The notes under the pieces are model-generated. The model was not told the DNA's origin, did not search any database, and worked only from the letters and a program-made list of their open reading frames with translations. DNA of 64,000 bases from Novakomyces olei. Lineage: Eukaryota. The DNA is taken from positions 1,054,001-1,118,000 of the forward strand of contig JADEYG010000012.1 of NCBI GenBank assembly GCA_016906335.1, in the 5' to 3' direction. Shown in pieces: positions 27,888 to 40,648 of this stretch. Position 1 is the stretch's first letter. Each line of letters starts with the position of its first letter. Both the position numbers and the translations under genes were made by a program.

Positions 27888-30569
27888 ATGGGCCATTTGG
27901 TCACGGTAGCAACATGGTAAGATCGCATTCTGCCTCGGCTAACAGCCAAGCTCTCTCAACCAATGGGCTCTCGATTTCCCCGGAAACTGTGGGCGTATAA
28001 TCGAGTCAATTCGCAGTGCAAAAGCGCAGGGCGCCCGTATGCGAGTAGGACCAGAGCTGGAAATTACGGGGTACGGGTGCTACGATCACTTTTTGGAGAG
28101 GGACACTTTTCTACACTCGTGGCAGATGCTTGTGCGTATAATGGAGGACGAGTCTGCGCAGGATATCGTTCTCGATATCGGTATGCCTGTGGAGCACCGT
28201 AATGTAAAGTACAATTGCCGAGTTGTCGTGCTGAATAAACGCGTCCTGCTCATCCGCCCTAAACTGTGGGTGTGCAATGACGGCAATTACCGTGAGGCGC
28301 GTTACTTTACGCCGTGGATGCAGGCGCGTTACTGTGAGGACTTTAGACTGCCGCGATTGGTGGAGAACGCGACTGGAGGCCAAACGCATTGCGTCATTGG
28401 CGATGCGGTACTCGCGTGCACGGATACGGTTGTGGGCATTGAAACGTGTGAAGAGCTTTTCACTCCAGCCAGTCCCAATATCGATATGAGCCTCGACGGT
28501 GTGGAGATTATTTCAAACTCTTCAGGCTCCCATCACGAGCTGCGTAAGCTCAATACCCGTCTTGATCTTATTCGTGGCGCTACTGCCCGCTGTGGAGGTG
28601 CTTACCTGTACGCAAACCAGCAGGGCTGCGACGGGGACCGTGTATACTATGACGGGAGCGCTATGATTGCTCTGAATGGGAATATCATTGCGCAAGGGTC
28701 ACAGTTCTCCTTGCGAGATGTGGAGGTGGTAACGGCTACCCTTGACCTGGAACACGTGCGGGCCTATCGCAACTCTATGAGTCGCGGCCTGCAGGCTGTT
28801 CAGCGAAGGCACGAGTACCGCCGAGTGCAGGTCAGTTTCAGCCTTTCGACTATCGGAGTCCGGTTCGACTCGAGTATACGGCCTACGTCGCCTATTACTG
28901 TGCGGTACCACACTCCCGAGGAAGAGATTGGGTAGGGCCGTCTGATTTTTGATTTATCTGTTTGTTTGTTTGTTTGTTTGTTTGTTTGTTTGTTTGTTTG
29001 TTTGTTTGTTTGTTTGTTTGTTTGTTTGTTTGTTTGTTTGTTTGTTTGTTTGTTTGTTTGTTTGTTTGTTTGTTTGTTTGTTTGTTTGTTTGTTTGTTTG
29101 TTTGTTTGTTTGTTTGTTTGTTTGTTTGTTTGTTTGTTTGTTTGTTTGTTTATTCATTTATTTATTTATTTATCTATTTGTATTTTCCTTTTTCTAATAT
29201 CAGATACGGCCCGGCCTGCTGGCTTTGGGATTACCTTCGTCGGTCTGGACCAAACGGGTATTTTGTCCCGCTTAGTGGCGGTATCGACTCTTGTGCTACC
29301 GCTGTTATTGTGTATTCAATGTGCCGTTTAGTCGTTCAGGCGGCTGCCGATGGAAGTAAGCTGATTCCAATTCCTCCTTTTTATTCAGATGCGCATTCAA
29401 ATTTAAACAAAAGTGTTTTCTTACCGGTTGCGTATTAATGTTTTCCAGATAAACAGGTCGTTGAGGATGCTAGGCGCATTTGTGATGATCCCGAGTATAT
29501 TCCACAGGACGCCTCTGAATTCTGTGGCCGAATTTTCCATACTGCTTACATGGGAACAGAGAATTCGAGCAAGGAAACACGGGAACGGGCAAAGTCTCTG
29601 GCTCAAGACATTGGCGCTTATCATACAGACCTTAATATGGACACCCTGGTAGGCGCTGTTGTCAAGGTTTTCTCCACTTTTACAGGGAAAACTCCTCAGT
29701 TTCGTGTGCATGGAGGCAGCAATGCTGAGAACCTGGCACTTCAGAATATTCAAGCTCGATTGCGAATGGTCCTAGCTTACCTTTTCGCCCAATTATTACC
29801 GTGGGTTAGGGGGAAAACTGGTGCTCTCCTTGTTTTAGGATCTGCCAATGTTGACGAAAGGTAGTCTTTTTATTTGTTGAGATATTTTTATTCATTTTCA
29901 TTTTCTTTTTCTTTTTCATTTTCTTTTTCATTTTCATTTTCATTTTCATTTTATTTTTATTTTTATTTTTATTTATATTTATATTTTTATTTATATTTTT
30001 ATTTATATTTTTATTTTATTTTTGCTTATACTTATTCCAGTCTTCGAGGGTACCTGACCAAGTACGACTGCTCGAGTGCAGATATCAATCCTATCGGCAG
30101 CATTTCCAAGACAGACTTGAAACGGTTTATCGCGTGGGCCCGTGACCAATTTGATCTGCCAATTTTGGGCCAATTCCTAACAGCCACGCCGACGGCAGAA
30201 CTCGAGCCAATCACGCACGACTATGTACAGAGCGATGAAGCGGATATGGGTATGACGTACGAGGAGCTATCTGTGTTTGGGCGGCTACGCAAAATACAAA
30301 AATGTGGTCCATTTAGTATGTTTACCAATCTTGCGCACGAATGGAGCCGTCAGATGTCTCCAGCACAGGTGGCCGTCAAAGTCAAACGGTTTTTTCATTA
30401 CTATGCAATTAATCGTCACAAAATGACAACGCTTACACCGAGCTATCACGCAGAACAGTACAGTCCAGACGATAATCGGTACGATTTGCGTCAGTTTGTG
30501 TATCCACGATGGATTTGGCAAAATACAATGATCGATGCCGAAGTGGAACGGTTGTCCAAGACTGATTAA
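27888..30569 (+). CDS. QNS1: Glutamine-dependent NAD+ synthetase, 5 exons
   Basis: Spliced [19 protein letters not shown]...[11 protein letters not shown]...RPKLW...ETCEELFTP (nitrilase-fold E-K-C triad), then [38 protein letters not shown] and [16 protein letters not shown]. Confidence 0.97.
28959..29151. repeat. (TTTG)n microsatellite, about 48 copies, inside QNS1 intron 2 (28932-29203)
   Basis: Perfect run between the GT donor and the CTAAT/CAG acceptor. Confidence 0.97.
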
Positions 30570-30698
30570 ACTATCGTCCACGTGTTTGCCTGGCAGAGAT
30601 TCGAGGTGGAATTTAAATGCTATAATCAGATACTTCTTTTAATTATAATTACACTATATACATAGCATCAATTGACAAGCGGCGGCAGCAGAAAAAGT

Positions 30699-33204
30699 TC
30701 AGAACCCTAAAAGCAGTCTCATTGTTGAAAGGGCGTCAAGAACGCTATCGTCAACACTACTGCTGCCATTCGCCGTCTCAAGTGTGCGTTCAAGAAGCAC
30801 ACTAAACTGCCTTTGGCTGTCTGCAAATTCTCTATACTTCCAACGAGTTACTGTCGCTGATCCGTTCAAAATGCTCTGCAGCACTATGGCACAGCAGTCT
30901 GCTAGCGCTTCCAGTGAATGGGCGTTTGGTGCTTGCAGTCCGATAGCAGTATTCCCCCATTTTCCACAGCACACAGAGGCAATTTGCAAAAGGTTTGTAC
31001 AAAATCCGTCATGCAGCTCCTCAAATCCTTGTGAACTTGTACTGCCTTTTTCATGCACATGAATCAGATTCGCCATTTGCCTATCGATAAATCCAAAGAG
31101 CGTTTGCCGCAATGCTTCTACAGTAACAAGAGCCTCACGACGGAACTTGCACTGCAGTTTGCTTTGATGTTCACTGTGCTCTACGACAAAATAGGTCCTT
31201 TCTAACCGTAACAACATTGTGAAAACTGCCGAATAAATCTGCAAATGTCTATACTTTACAAAAGCTTGCAGCACTGAACTCTGCGGCAGTTTTAGTGAAA
31301 GCGTCAAGAAATCGAGAGCCAAAATACTGTGACGAACCGCGCAAGCATCGTATTCTTGGTGGGACAAGGCGTGCAGGGCAAAGCTAAATGTCTCAAAGAC
31401 GGAGCCTTTTGCCTCGAGATTGTACCGGCTTTCTTTGCCCAGCGTTTGCAGAGGAAGATGAGCAAGTCTGCGACTAAGTACAAGGCCGCTAGGCGGCCAG
31501 CGTGGAGACAAGAGCACACTGCCTGCCTCCTGACTGAAAATTGCCTGGCAGATTTGCTGTCGAAAGGAGACATTGTGCAGGAGAAACGAGTCCTTTATAA
31601 AATCAAAAAGGTCTTGCAAGCCCTGTGTGGAAAGATAGTAGGTGAATATCTGTGTGACTGCACGATTGGCCAACCGCTGGATGACGCTGTAGATGCAGAC
31701 ATTACAGGATTCAGACAGCGGTGCTGTCTGTGCAGAAAAGAGATTGCCGTCTGGCGGAGAATACTCGTAAATATTATTACAATTATTATTGTGGTCGGCA
31801 GTAAACCCATCTTTTCCCTGTATGTCCGAGTCTGTTGGACGCTCACAAGTCTCGAAATATGCGTCCCAAACCCGTCGCCTTTGCTCTACTCGACTATCCT
31901 CAATTTCGAGTTCAAGTCTCGGGAAAGCAGTGTACTTTTTTTGCGAATGGACCACGGCTTTAATGAAATCAATGCCGTACATATCCAACTGCTTCCGTTC
32001 CTTGTAAAGTCGGTCCAGCACAGTGCAAACACTCGGAGGCAGCAGGAGTGGGCACAAGTCATCACGATTAGCGCTTACAACCTGCTCAAACTGCACTATA
32101 TCTCTTTCAGACAAAAGAGAGGCAATGGCGGACCACAGCGGCCTGCTTGCTTGCTGTATTGTGCTGGATAGGACGGGTACGCTTTCGCCACAAGTCTGGT
32201 GCTCCAATCTGGTTTCAAGCAAATCTACCAGACGCGAGAGCAGCTTTGCTCCAGACGAAGTGGCGGCCGTTTCGTGTAACAAAACACCCGCCAAATCGTT
32301 TAATTGCGCATTAATTCTGCCCGCCACTCGGGTCACTGCCAGTATCGCTGAGGGAGGTGTGTCAAAGAGGGCAGATAATGGAGTAGTGACGATTTGCAAG
32401 ACGCCGTGTACGACAGACGTGAGCGCAGTGTACAAAATGTCGCTTGACTGAACCCGACAAAATTGGTTTAACCGCCTTATTTTGCTACCGCAGCTTTGAC
32501 AGGAGAGTAGTACTGCTTTGCAGGCAGACGGAGTTAAACCAGATACACGGATTCTATCCCATGCTTCATCGTCGAGGTTCACTGGCGATTTGAGTCCAAG
32601 TGCGATGTGAGCTAGACACTAATTATTAGTCAATTTTTGCCAACGCTTGTTGTTGTTTTTTAGAGGTTTATAGATTGGTATCTAATTTGACAGTTTTTCC
32701 CTTTTTATTTTTATCATTATATCACTTTTAATTTTGTGTTTATTATTTTGTTTATTTTTTATTTGATTTTTAATTTTTAAATTTCAATTTGATGTCCAAT
32801 TTATCATTTTATCAATTTTATCCATTCTTTATTTGCGTACCCGATTGAACATAGAGCAGTCAATAATCGTAATCAAACAGCTAGAGCTGGCGTTGTACAC
32901 CGGACTGAGAGCATTAGACAAGGCAACATCCCATAGAAGAGGCGAGTTATAGCGAGTCAAGAAGGGAGAAATAAACTCCAAGTTTGATCCGCAACTGCCG
33001 TCCAAGTCATAACGATCATGTTCCGATTCGGCCCGGGAGTAAAGCTCCTCGAGTTGGAAACGTTTGACGCTGGACTCGGCGGTTTCTGCTAACCCTTGGC
33101 AAAATTAGACTTATTATTCACAGACCCAAGTTACCTTGTTGAAAATCGTTGTTTGTCCCGGTAGGCCGATAGCCGCCGTTTCCGATCGAGCATAAAGCTG
33201 CCAT
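30699..33204 (-). CDS. Gamma-tubulin complex component, Spc97/Spc98 family (GCP6/Alp16-like); exons 33204-33135, 33094-32841, 32618-30699
   Basis: Frame-consistent three-exon model. GRIP-like C-terminal motifs RWPPSG..L, FSFAL, ALDFLTL and YSAVFTMLLRL. The sequence is divergent. Confidence 0.7.
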
Positions 33205-33690
33205 TCTCTACTCATTTTCAATACTGATCTTTTGCCATTGTTACGTCGTGCGAAGACGCCGTCCAGAATTACGCGTGTCCCTTGCGATGAGCGCGTTGCA
33301 CGCAGTAAATAAGCGTCGCCAGATTTAGACACAGGTCCCGTGGATATTTACCGCTAAATAGTTCAAATTTAATGCTTATTTTATTTTTATATCAACAGTT
33401 GTTACGTGTAAGATTATACGACCAAAAATATCAAAAGCCTTTACTATATATAAAGCGCAATAATAAATCAATAAATAAATAATATAAAGCAGCGATAATT
33501 GTGAGTGATAGTGTGGGCATGTGGGCAATGCAATAAATAATAATATATATAAAGAGCGATAGTGTTTGGTTTTCCAAAATATACATTGGCAATAAACAAG
33601 ATTATAGCTATACAATGGCCGATAATTAAAGGCTCTGGCGTTTACAATTGAGCAAGCACAGCGACAAACGGCCGCGGCTTCCGTACAAAT

Positions 33691-35088
33691 ATGGAGCCTA
33701 CAGTGGCGGCAGACATTGCTCTTTTTCGAGCAATTTGCAGGTTTAGACCGCTCGGTAGGAACCCAATTGATTACAATAATTACAATTACAACAATTATTA
33801 CAACAATTACAGCAATTATTGCAATTATTGCAATTATTAACAGTAGGCAAACATCGGCATTTCCGTATGGTCGCCATTCTACACTCGCTCTCAGGTTTAT
33901 CGCAAGGCGACGTTTCTGCGGCTGCTGTAAGACGCAAACTGGAAGAGCTCTACGATATCGCTGCATTAGAAGAGTTGGTAAGCTAAACGCTTTTGATTCG
34001 CTTCATTTACGATTCTAGTTGGTATTAGCAGTTTGGTTTATTTTTATTAATTTTTAATTTTTTAGGTTTTTATTTTTTATTTTTTATTTTTGTATTTCTA
34101 TATTTTTTTTTTCATAATTGTCTCTGTCTCTTGTTACCCTTCACGGCTTTTTCGCTCTGCAACTTTTACACTGTTTCGGCCTAATTATCTGTCTGAGTGT
34201 GTCTTACGTCAATAGGAAGTAGAAGCGGCGGCAGAGGAAACGGTGAACGCGGTTCCTCCACTACGCGATTTTGATTTGCCTTGGCCAGACTTTGGTTTGC
34301 TTATTGAAGAGCAGGCCAAAAAGCAGCCAACTGGAAAATCAAAGCGAAGGCTTGCCAGTACACAGTTGCCCTCTTCCAAAAGGTTAAAGGCTACAGAAAA
34401 CTCTGATAGCGAAAGCGATCAAAGCTCAGACGGCCGCAAGGAAACAGATGAGGAGGAAATCAAGCCTGAGCCCCAGAGACGGGGCTCTGCTGTTCGACGG
34501 AGGTCTGCGGCCGCTGAAAAATCTGCCAGAGAGCAGCTAAAAGATACAAAGACCATAAAAGAGCAAAAAGAATCAAGTGCAGAAGAATCAGAGCAAGAAG
34601 AAGCGAACCAGGAAGAACAGGTACCTGTGAAAAGCGAGTCTGATCAAAGTCAAGACGAAAGCGCCGACGAAAGCGATCAAGAAGAAGCTGCAAGCGAAGA
34701 CGAAGCGTCTTCTTCTGATTCTTCAGAGGTCGCTTCCGCTTCGACCCCTCAGAAATCTCTGCCGGCTACTCCAGCTGAGGATTTGCCTCTAAGGCAGAGT
34801 CGCCGTGGTCGGCCACGTAAAGGCAGCAGCACTGGACCGGCTGAGGCTCCCTTGTCTTCTTCGCCTCCTGCTCAGTCTACAAAGCCAGACACTACTGAAA
34901 AGAAGGGGACTGGCTCTACTTTTACACGCCGATCCTCAGTAAAGCCTCCGGCTAGTCAACCAGCTCCGAGTACTGTTCCCGCTGCCACTCCACGGACTAC
35001 CCGATCTTCCTCACGTACCCGTCGACAAGGATCGACGGAGCCGCCTCCCTCATCGACGCGCAGAAGTGTACGCAGACGCAACAAGTAA
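33691..35088 (+). CDS. EAF7: NuA4 subunit Eaf7 (CT20/MRGBP family); introns 33755-33846 and 33978-34215
   Basis: Spliced MEPTVAADIALFRAICRFRPLGKHRHFRMVAI...KLEELYDIAALEELE...DFDLPWPDFG matches the CT20 pattern. An acidic/basic disordered tail follows. Confidence 0.88.
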
Positions 35089-35214
35089 TGGTGAATGTGA
35101 GGATCAATTGGATAATGTCTACTCTACGTTCATTTGGCGTCGTGTATTTGGATGAGCCTGCTACTTTTTTGTATTTAATAAATATTTAATTCATACCAAT
35201 TATTTATTTATTTG

Positions 35215-35247
<33 letters not shown>

Positions 35248-36150
35248 ATATCGCTATTAATTTAGTTGTCTATTCGTTTATAGTTTATTTGTTTTTTGGT
35301 ATTTGGTATTTGTATGTTTAGTATTTATTTATCTGGTTAGTACTAATTTACTTTTTGATATTTATTTAATTTATTTAAATGTCTTTTGTATTTTTTATTG
35401 GGGGCACAGTGCCATCACGACTTTAACCACTCGTACTATTGAGGATTGAGCATCTGCGCACGCGTATGCTTTTACAAAAATACTGTGACTTGTATAATAC
35501 TTTTGCAATCCTGGTATATCGTATTTATTAAACACAAAACAAAGCATACAGTATCGCATACCACGGCAGCTTAGTGTATCATATACAGTACATTTCGGCG
35601 CGATACTTTTCACACCTACAAGAAAAATACAGTCTCAATGGCGAACCATAAACAAAACAAAACACGATACATATAGGGAACAATTTTCCCAGACACAGCG
35701 CTCTCATAATCCGAAATAAAAAGCAACGTGAAAAGAAAGTAAATTGAATTTCAAGGCAGCAAGGGAAAAAATTTAGCTTCAGGAAAGCACAAAAGTTTAT
35801 TTCGACGTCGCAGTTAAAATATAAAATTATTCAACTTGAGACAAAGGCAATTCGAAAATCAAAGAAAGACAAAAAAAAAGTCTTTAAATTAAAGCGGCTC
35901 AGCCATCGTAAAGCCCAAATTTACGTGGCCGACTTGAGTGATTCATAAAAAATTTGTAACGGTCATAAATAAATCAACGAATGCATAAACATCAAACGAC
36001 CTGAAGAATGAAAATGAAAGAAAAAAATCAAATAAAACCTCGCTTTTTCTTTGCATGCGCGCAACCATATAAAAGAAACCAAACATTAATGAATCAAGTG
36101 TTTAAAATGTAAATAAAATTTGGAAGTAAAACTTCAAGCAATAAAGCCAA

Positions 36151-38393
36151 CTAAATGCCCAGCTCTCCGGCCCGACAAATTCTTACTTCACGCCCCCATT
36201 CAGAATTGAGCACTTGTTTTGCAGTAATACGGCGTTTTGGGTTCGGATCCAGAATAGAGTAAATGACATTTCGGCAACGAGCTCGCTGCAAAGTCTCTAT
36301 CGGCTGATACCCCGATTCCGCTTTACGTCCGGCCAAGTAGTTTGCATAAAACTCGTCCTCATCTCGTTTGGCCATACGCCAAAGATGGCGGCCTGTTCGC
36401 ATTGCCATATAAATAACACCGCAAGCCCAAACATCGACTGCACGAGGATCAAACTCGCGATCCGTGTACTCTTCTGGCGAAATATAAGGAGCAGAGCCAC
36501 ACAGGCCATTTGTCATGTGAGCCTCGTGCTCCCACGCCATTCGGAAGCACTCGCCGTTACCAAAATCTGTGATTTTCAGAGCGCCATTTGGGGTAAGAAG
36601 TAAGTTTTCCGGTTTCAAATCCCGGTGGGCGACTCCCATATCGTGCATGTACTCGACTCCGCGAATAAGCTGCTTGAAATAGCAATCAGACTCGAGCACA
36701 TCGAGTTTGCCTGCCACCAGGATGAGCGAGTACAAGTCTCCACCGGCACAAAACTCCATTACTTCACAATAATCTCCTTTGGCATCCTGCAGCAAATCAA
36801 GGGTATGAATAACGTTAGGATGCCGAAGCGAAGACGAGATACAAAACTCTGATGTAAGTCGTTTCGTGTACTTCTTTTGCGATTCTGTTGGCCGTTTGCG
36901 AAACTCCTTAACGGCATAGAGTTGTTCAGCCTTACCGTTCTTCGGATTGGCCTTGTGAGAAATACGGACAATACCAAAGGCACCACGGCCAACAATCTCC
37001 TGGCACTTGCCATATTTTTCCACCAGAGTAGCTGTAGAACTTGGGCCCCCGTCTTTCTTGACAGAGGCCAGCTTCTCTGTCCTCATTGCATCCACCCACG
37101 ATTGTACTAGTGAAAGCTGGTGAGGATCGCGTTGAGTAACAGAGGCAGAGGCGGCGGCTGCTGCCGCTGCCACTGCTTTATCCTGTTCTTCGATCTGCTT
37201 TTGTGCCTCTTCACGTTTTCGTGAGGCTCCACCGCCAATCAAATCACGCAGCATTGTCCGCAGCTTTTCCTGTCTTTTTGTCGGCCTTAAATGATGTGAA
37301 TGTGTGCCGTCAGGATTTATTACAAAGCGCGGCAGTGTCCCATCTTTTCCGGGCGCAGCTCCCGATACAGACGCAGTAGATCCTTCGACACCGGAGGAAC
37401 TGGCTCTGGAACTGGCTGCGTAAGCAGGACTCGGAGACGGTTTGGCTCCACTGCTAACAAGCGACTGCAGATGACCCATTGTACTGCCCGTATCCATATT
37501 TAGAGCCGCATTCTGATTGCCATTGGTATGGACGTCTCCCTCTGGCGACAATCGCTGTCGGCCAGAAACATCAGCCTGTCCCGGCCCAATTGCCTCGTTC
37601 GAAGCCGGACGGGTTGCCACGCCTTCCTGCAAAGTCGGCTGTTGTTGCTGCTGGCTTTTGGCAGCAGTCTGAGAAGGCTGCTGAGCTGATTTTGCTGGCT
37701 GAGCGGCTGCTGGCTGTGGTGAAGGAGCCGCCGAAGTTTTCCTTGAGCTTTCCTTCTCTCGTCCGCTGTGGGAAAACATACGCTGAAGCCGGGAAATAGC
37801 AGATCGAGGCTGCGGTTGAGGGTTCGCTAGCGGTGCAGCCGAGTCTGTTCTTTCCGCAACAGATCGCGATGAGCTGGTTTCCAGGTTTCCGTTGGCAGTT
37901 TGTGGTGCCAGACCCGTATGGTCTGGCGTCGTTGAACGGGACAGACTCGCTGGGGTATTTAATCCGCTCGCGGCAGGACTGGACTGGTGGGATAAAGAGG
38001 GAGAGGCATTAGCCTCAAGGCCATTGGCAGACGGTTTGGATCCTCCAACAGCGGCTTTAAGAGCATGCTTTATCGGCGAAGTAGCCGATCGGTCTGGTGT
38101 TTAGTATAGGACAATTGCAAAAACACGTAGCAAAAGTTGATCTGCTTTGCAGAAACTTGAACAAATAGGCGCAGAGTGTGTACAGCAATATTGAACAATT
38201 AATGAGAAGAGCGTCAATAAAATTAAAAAATAATTAATCAATCAATCAATCAGATCAACAGAAAAGGCCGTTGAGGCAGAAGTCACGTACCCGACTGAGC
38301 CGGAGTGTTACCGTTCGTGCGCGGTACATTCAGCTCCGGCACTTTATCGGCAGCTTCTTTTTGCTCCGTATCAGAGCTCGTTTGGTTAGGCAT
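36151..38393 (-). CDS. HAL4: Hal4/Sat4-family Ser/Thr kinase, 2 exons
   Basis: Kinase motifs [51 protein letters not shown] and [10 protein letters not shown]. Upstream exon MPNQTSSD...PAQS with a GTACGT donor joins in phase 1 to an open frame extending to about 38094. Confidence 0.9.
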
Positions 38394-39916
38394 GGCTTAA
38401 TCCAATAATTGGGTTCCACGTAGCCGACGGCAATTTGCAACTTGTAGCTTGATTTCTTTGGATAAAAAAAAAGGAAAAAAGAGCTCTTTGAGTCCCTTTT
38501 ATTTGTACTTCTGCTAGCACGTTCAAGACGGGAATTTTACAGCTTTCACTTTGCAATCAGACAAGTCTCAAACTGAACCGAGAGCTTTTGGTAAGGAGAC
38601 GATGAAAACAACGTGAAAATCACAGCACACGCACGCGCAAAAAAACAGTAAAGGCCCGGCTGACGAAGCAGCGGCGGATAGCGCGATAAGCGCGGCGGCG
38701 GTGAAGCTGTTTGCGCGGCAAAGCAGACAAAGAGCGAGTTTCAAAGGATTCTCAGCCGGTTTGTTGTACTAGCGCAAACAACCCATCCCCAATATATGCG
38801 CACGCAACGTTACTTGAACTGTAGTTGCCGTTAGTAATGCATGATCCCAAGTAATGCTGTGAGCGGTATTGTTTAAATTTTCGCAAATAACGTCATACGC
38901 AGTAAGCGTGACTGCATGTCGAGATTAGCATACGAAAATGACTAGTTTAATGATTTATCTAGTACATTCGATCTAGAACAATAGTGCGTTTTCTACATCA
39001 AGGCAAGAGCGTAGAGTGCTCTCGTAACCCATTCGATTATTGTAAAAGGTCCTTTTCGTTTACACGCAAGTAAATTCAAGACTATAATTATCTCTTTGCA
39101 TAATAATCACAGCAATCGGCACAAGGGCGAAAAAGCCGAGAGTCGTTGTTCACGTGAGCAGTCATGCGAATTTACATTATCGGTTTTCGATAGTGAGTTT
39201 ATAAAAAAATACCCGCAACTACCCATACTAGTTTTTCACTTGACTCGAATTAGAATATTGGCAAATAATGGAGAAGCGTTTGCACGCACAAGTCTCAATC
39301 CGAAAACACATCCATCTCTGTGGCAGTGAAGCGTAGGTGAATAGTGAACCCTTTAATTGTAAGACATATGATGTATTGTAATGCAAGTGCCGTAATACAG
39401 TATCTATCTGTCCCATTTTGGCGCGGAAGGCCGGAAGAGCTATGAGGTACACTGATCGCCTCATTGCGTCGTAGAGCAGCCGTTAAAGAAACGGGATTTG
39501 CAGCCAATGGGAATAGCCCGACAAGATTGCTTGAAATACAGCGAAGCCCGGCAGGTTTTGCCCAATTTTGCCGATCAACGGTAGACGACAAAAGTACTTA
39601 ATGCAGGCACATTTTGTAGGGACACGTGCTTCACTGCGACTCTCGAAGGGTGAAGGCCTTCATCATGATTACTCATCACGCTATGCTAATCGTATGAGAT
39701 TATGACAGATAGTATGACAGGTCTGACTGTATTTCTAAACAACTGAGGAGAGAATATAAACAAGAGACAACAAGAGAAACATGATTGTCTATGGAGCTGC
39801 GCCCTTGTCGCTCTTGTTTAATACAATTGAAAATATTCGGAGACTAAAGACGTTGCTGTTGACCGTCATTCCTCATGCTTTTCGCGAGATTTATTTGCTG
39901 TCCCTCTAAGCAAATT

Positions 39917-40006
39917 ATATTAAATTATTAAATTATTAAATTATTAAATTATTAAATTATTAAATTATTAAATTATTAAATTATTAAATTATTAAATTAT
40001 TAAATT
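39917..40006. repeat. 8-bp tandem repeat (TTAAATTA)n, about 11 copies
   Basis: Perfect array ending about 45 bp upstream of the ATG at 40052. Confidence 0.95.
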
Positions 40007-40051
40007 GTTAAATTGTAAATTATTACACAACTAGAAAATAAAGGCTCTATT

Positions 40052-40333
40052 ATGCATCGGGTTGTAGTGACCGCTTTACCCGCGATTGAGATCTTTCAAA
40101 TATTTGCTGCCGCATTACCGCCAAACCTCTTACCGTTACCGCCGAGCTTTGTGCGCTTTTCCCTTTACTTTTTGGTCGTTTGCCATGCACTAGAATACGC
40201 TTATGTTGTCGGCCGCCTACATAATTCTTCAACACGAGATGGCCGCCTGAGTCTACGCTTTGCCCTGGCACGGGCCCTACCGGTCATTGTCTATGGCGCA
40301 TTCTGCTTTCACGATATTTTGCCCGCTATTTGA
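40052..40333 (+). CDS. Small (93 aa) putative membrane protein
   Basis: ATG-TGA ORF with 2-3 hydrophobic segments and an HxxE motif (VCHALEYAY). It is GC-richer than its flanks and follows an AT array, as several confirmed genes here do. Confidence 0.55.
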   Translation: MHRVVVTALPAIEIFQIFAAALPPNLLPLPPSFVRFSLYFLVVCHALEYAYVVGRLHNSSTRDGRLSLRFALARALPVIVYGAFCFHDILPAI

Positions 40334-40648
40334 TGTTTTGTGAGGCATTTTGCGTCTGCATAGAACGACAAACCGATTGCAACCAGCAATGTATTCGCGC
40401 ATTCTAGTAGACGTTAGATACTATGAACGAACAATGCATCTAGTATCGTGGATATTTGTAATTTCCTTGATGTCCATAGGATTACAAAAGAATGGATTTA
40501 GTGATTACGATCAATCTTGGAACTGCTGAGCAGTTTTATTCATATATTCTACATACAAGACTCGTAACTAGGCACGCTCTAAACTTGGCTCAACAAGCAT
40601 TAGAGCAAAGTTTCAAATAACAATTGGCTCTACTCATTTTTTTCACCG

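Noticed and set aside
28949..29438. ORFs with (FVCL)n or (NKQT)n
   Set aside because: They are read-through of the intronic (TTTG)n microsatellite in QNS1.
31329..32451. 280-aa and 142-aa plus-strand ORFs
   Set aside because: They are antisense shadows of the gamma-tubulin complex gene.
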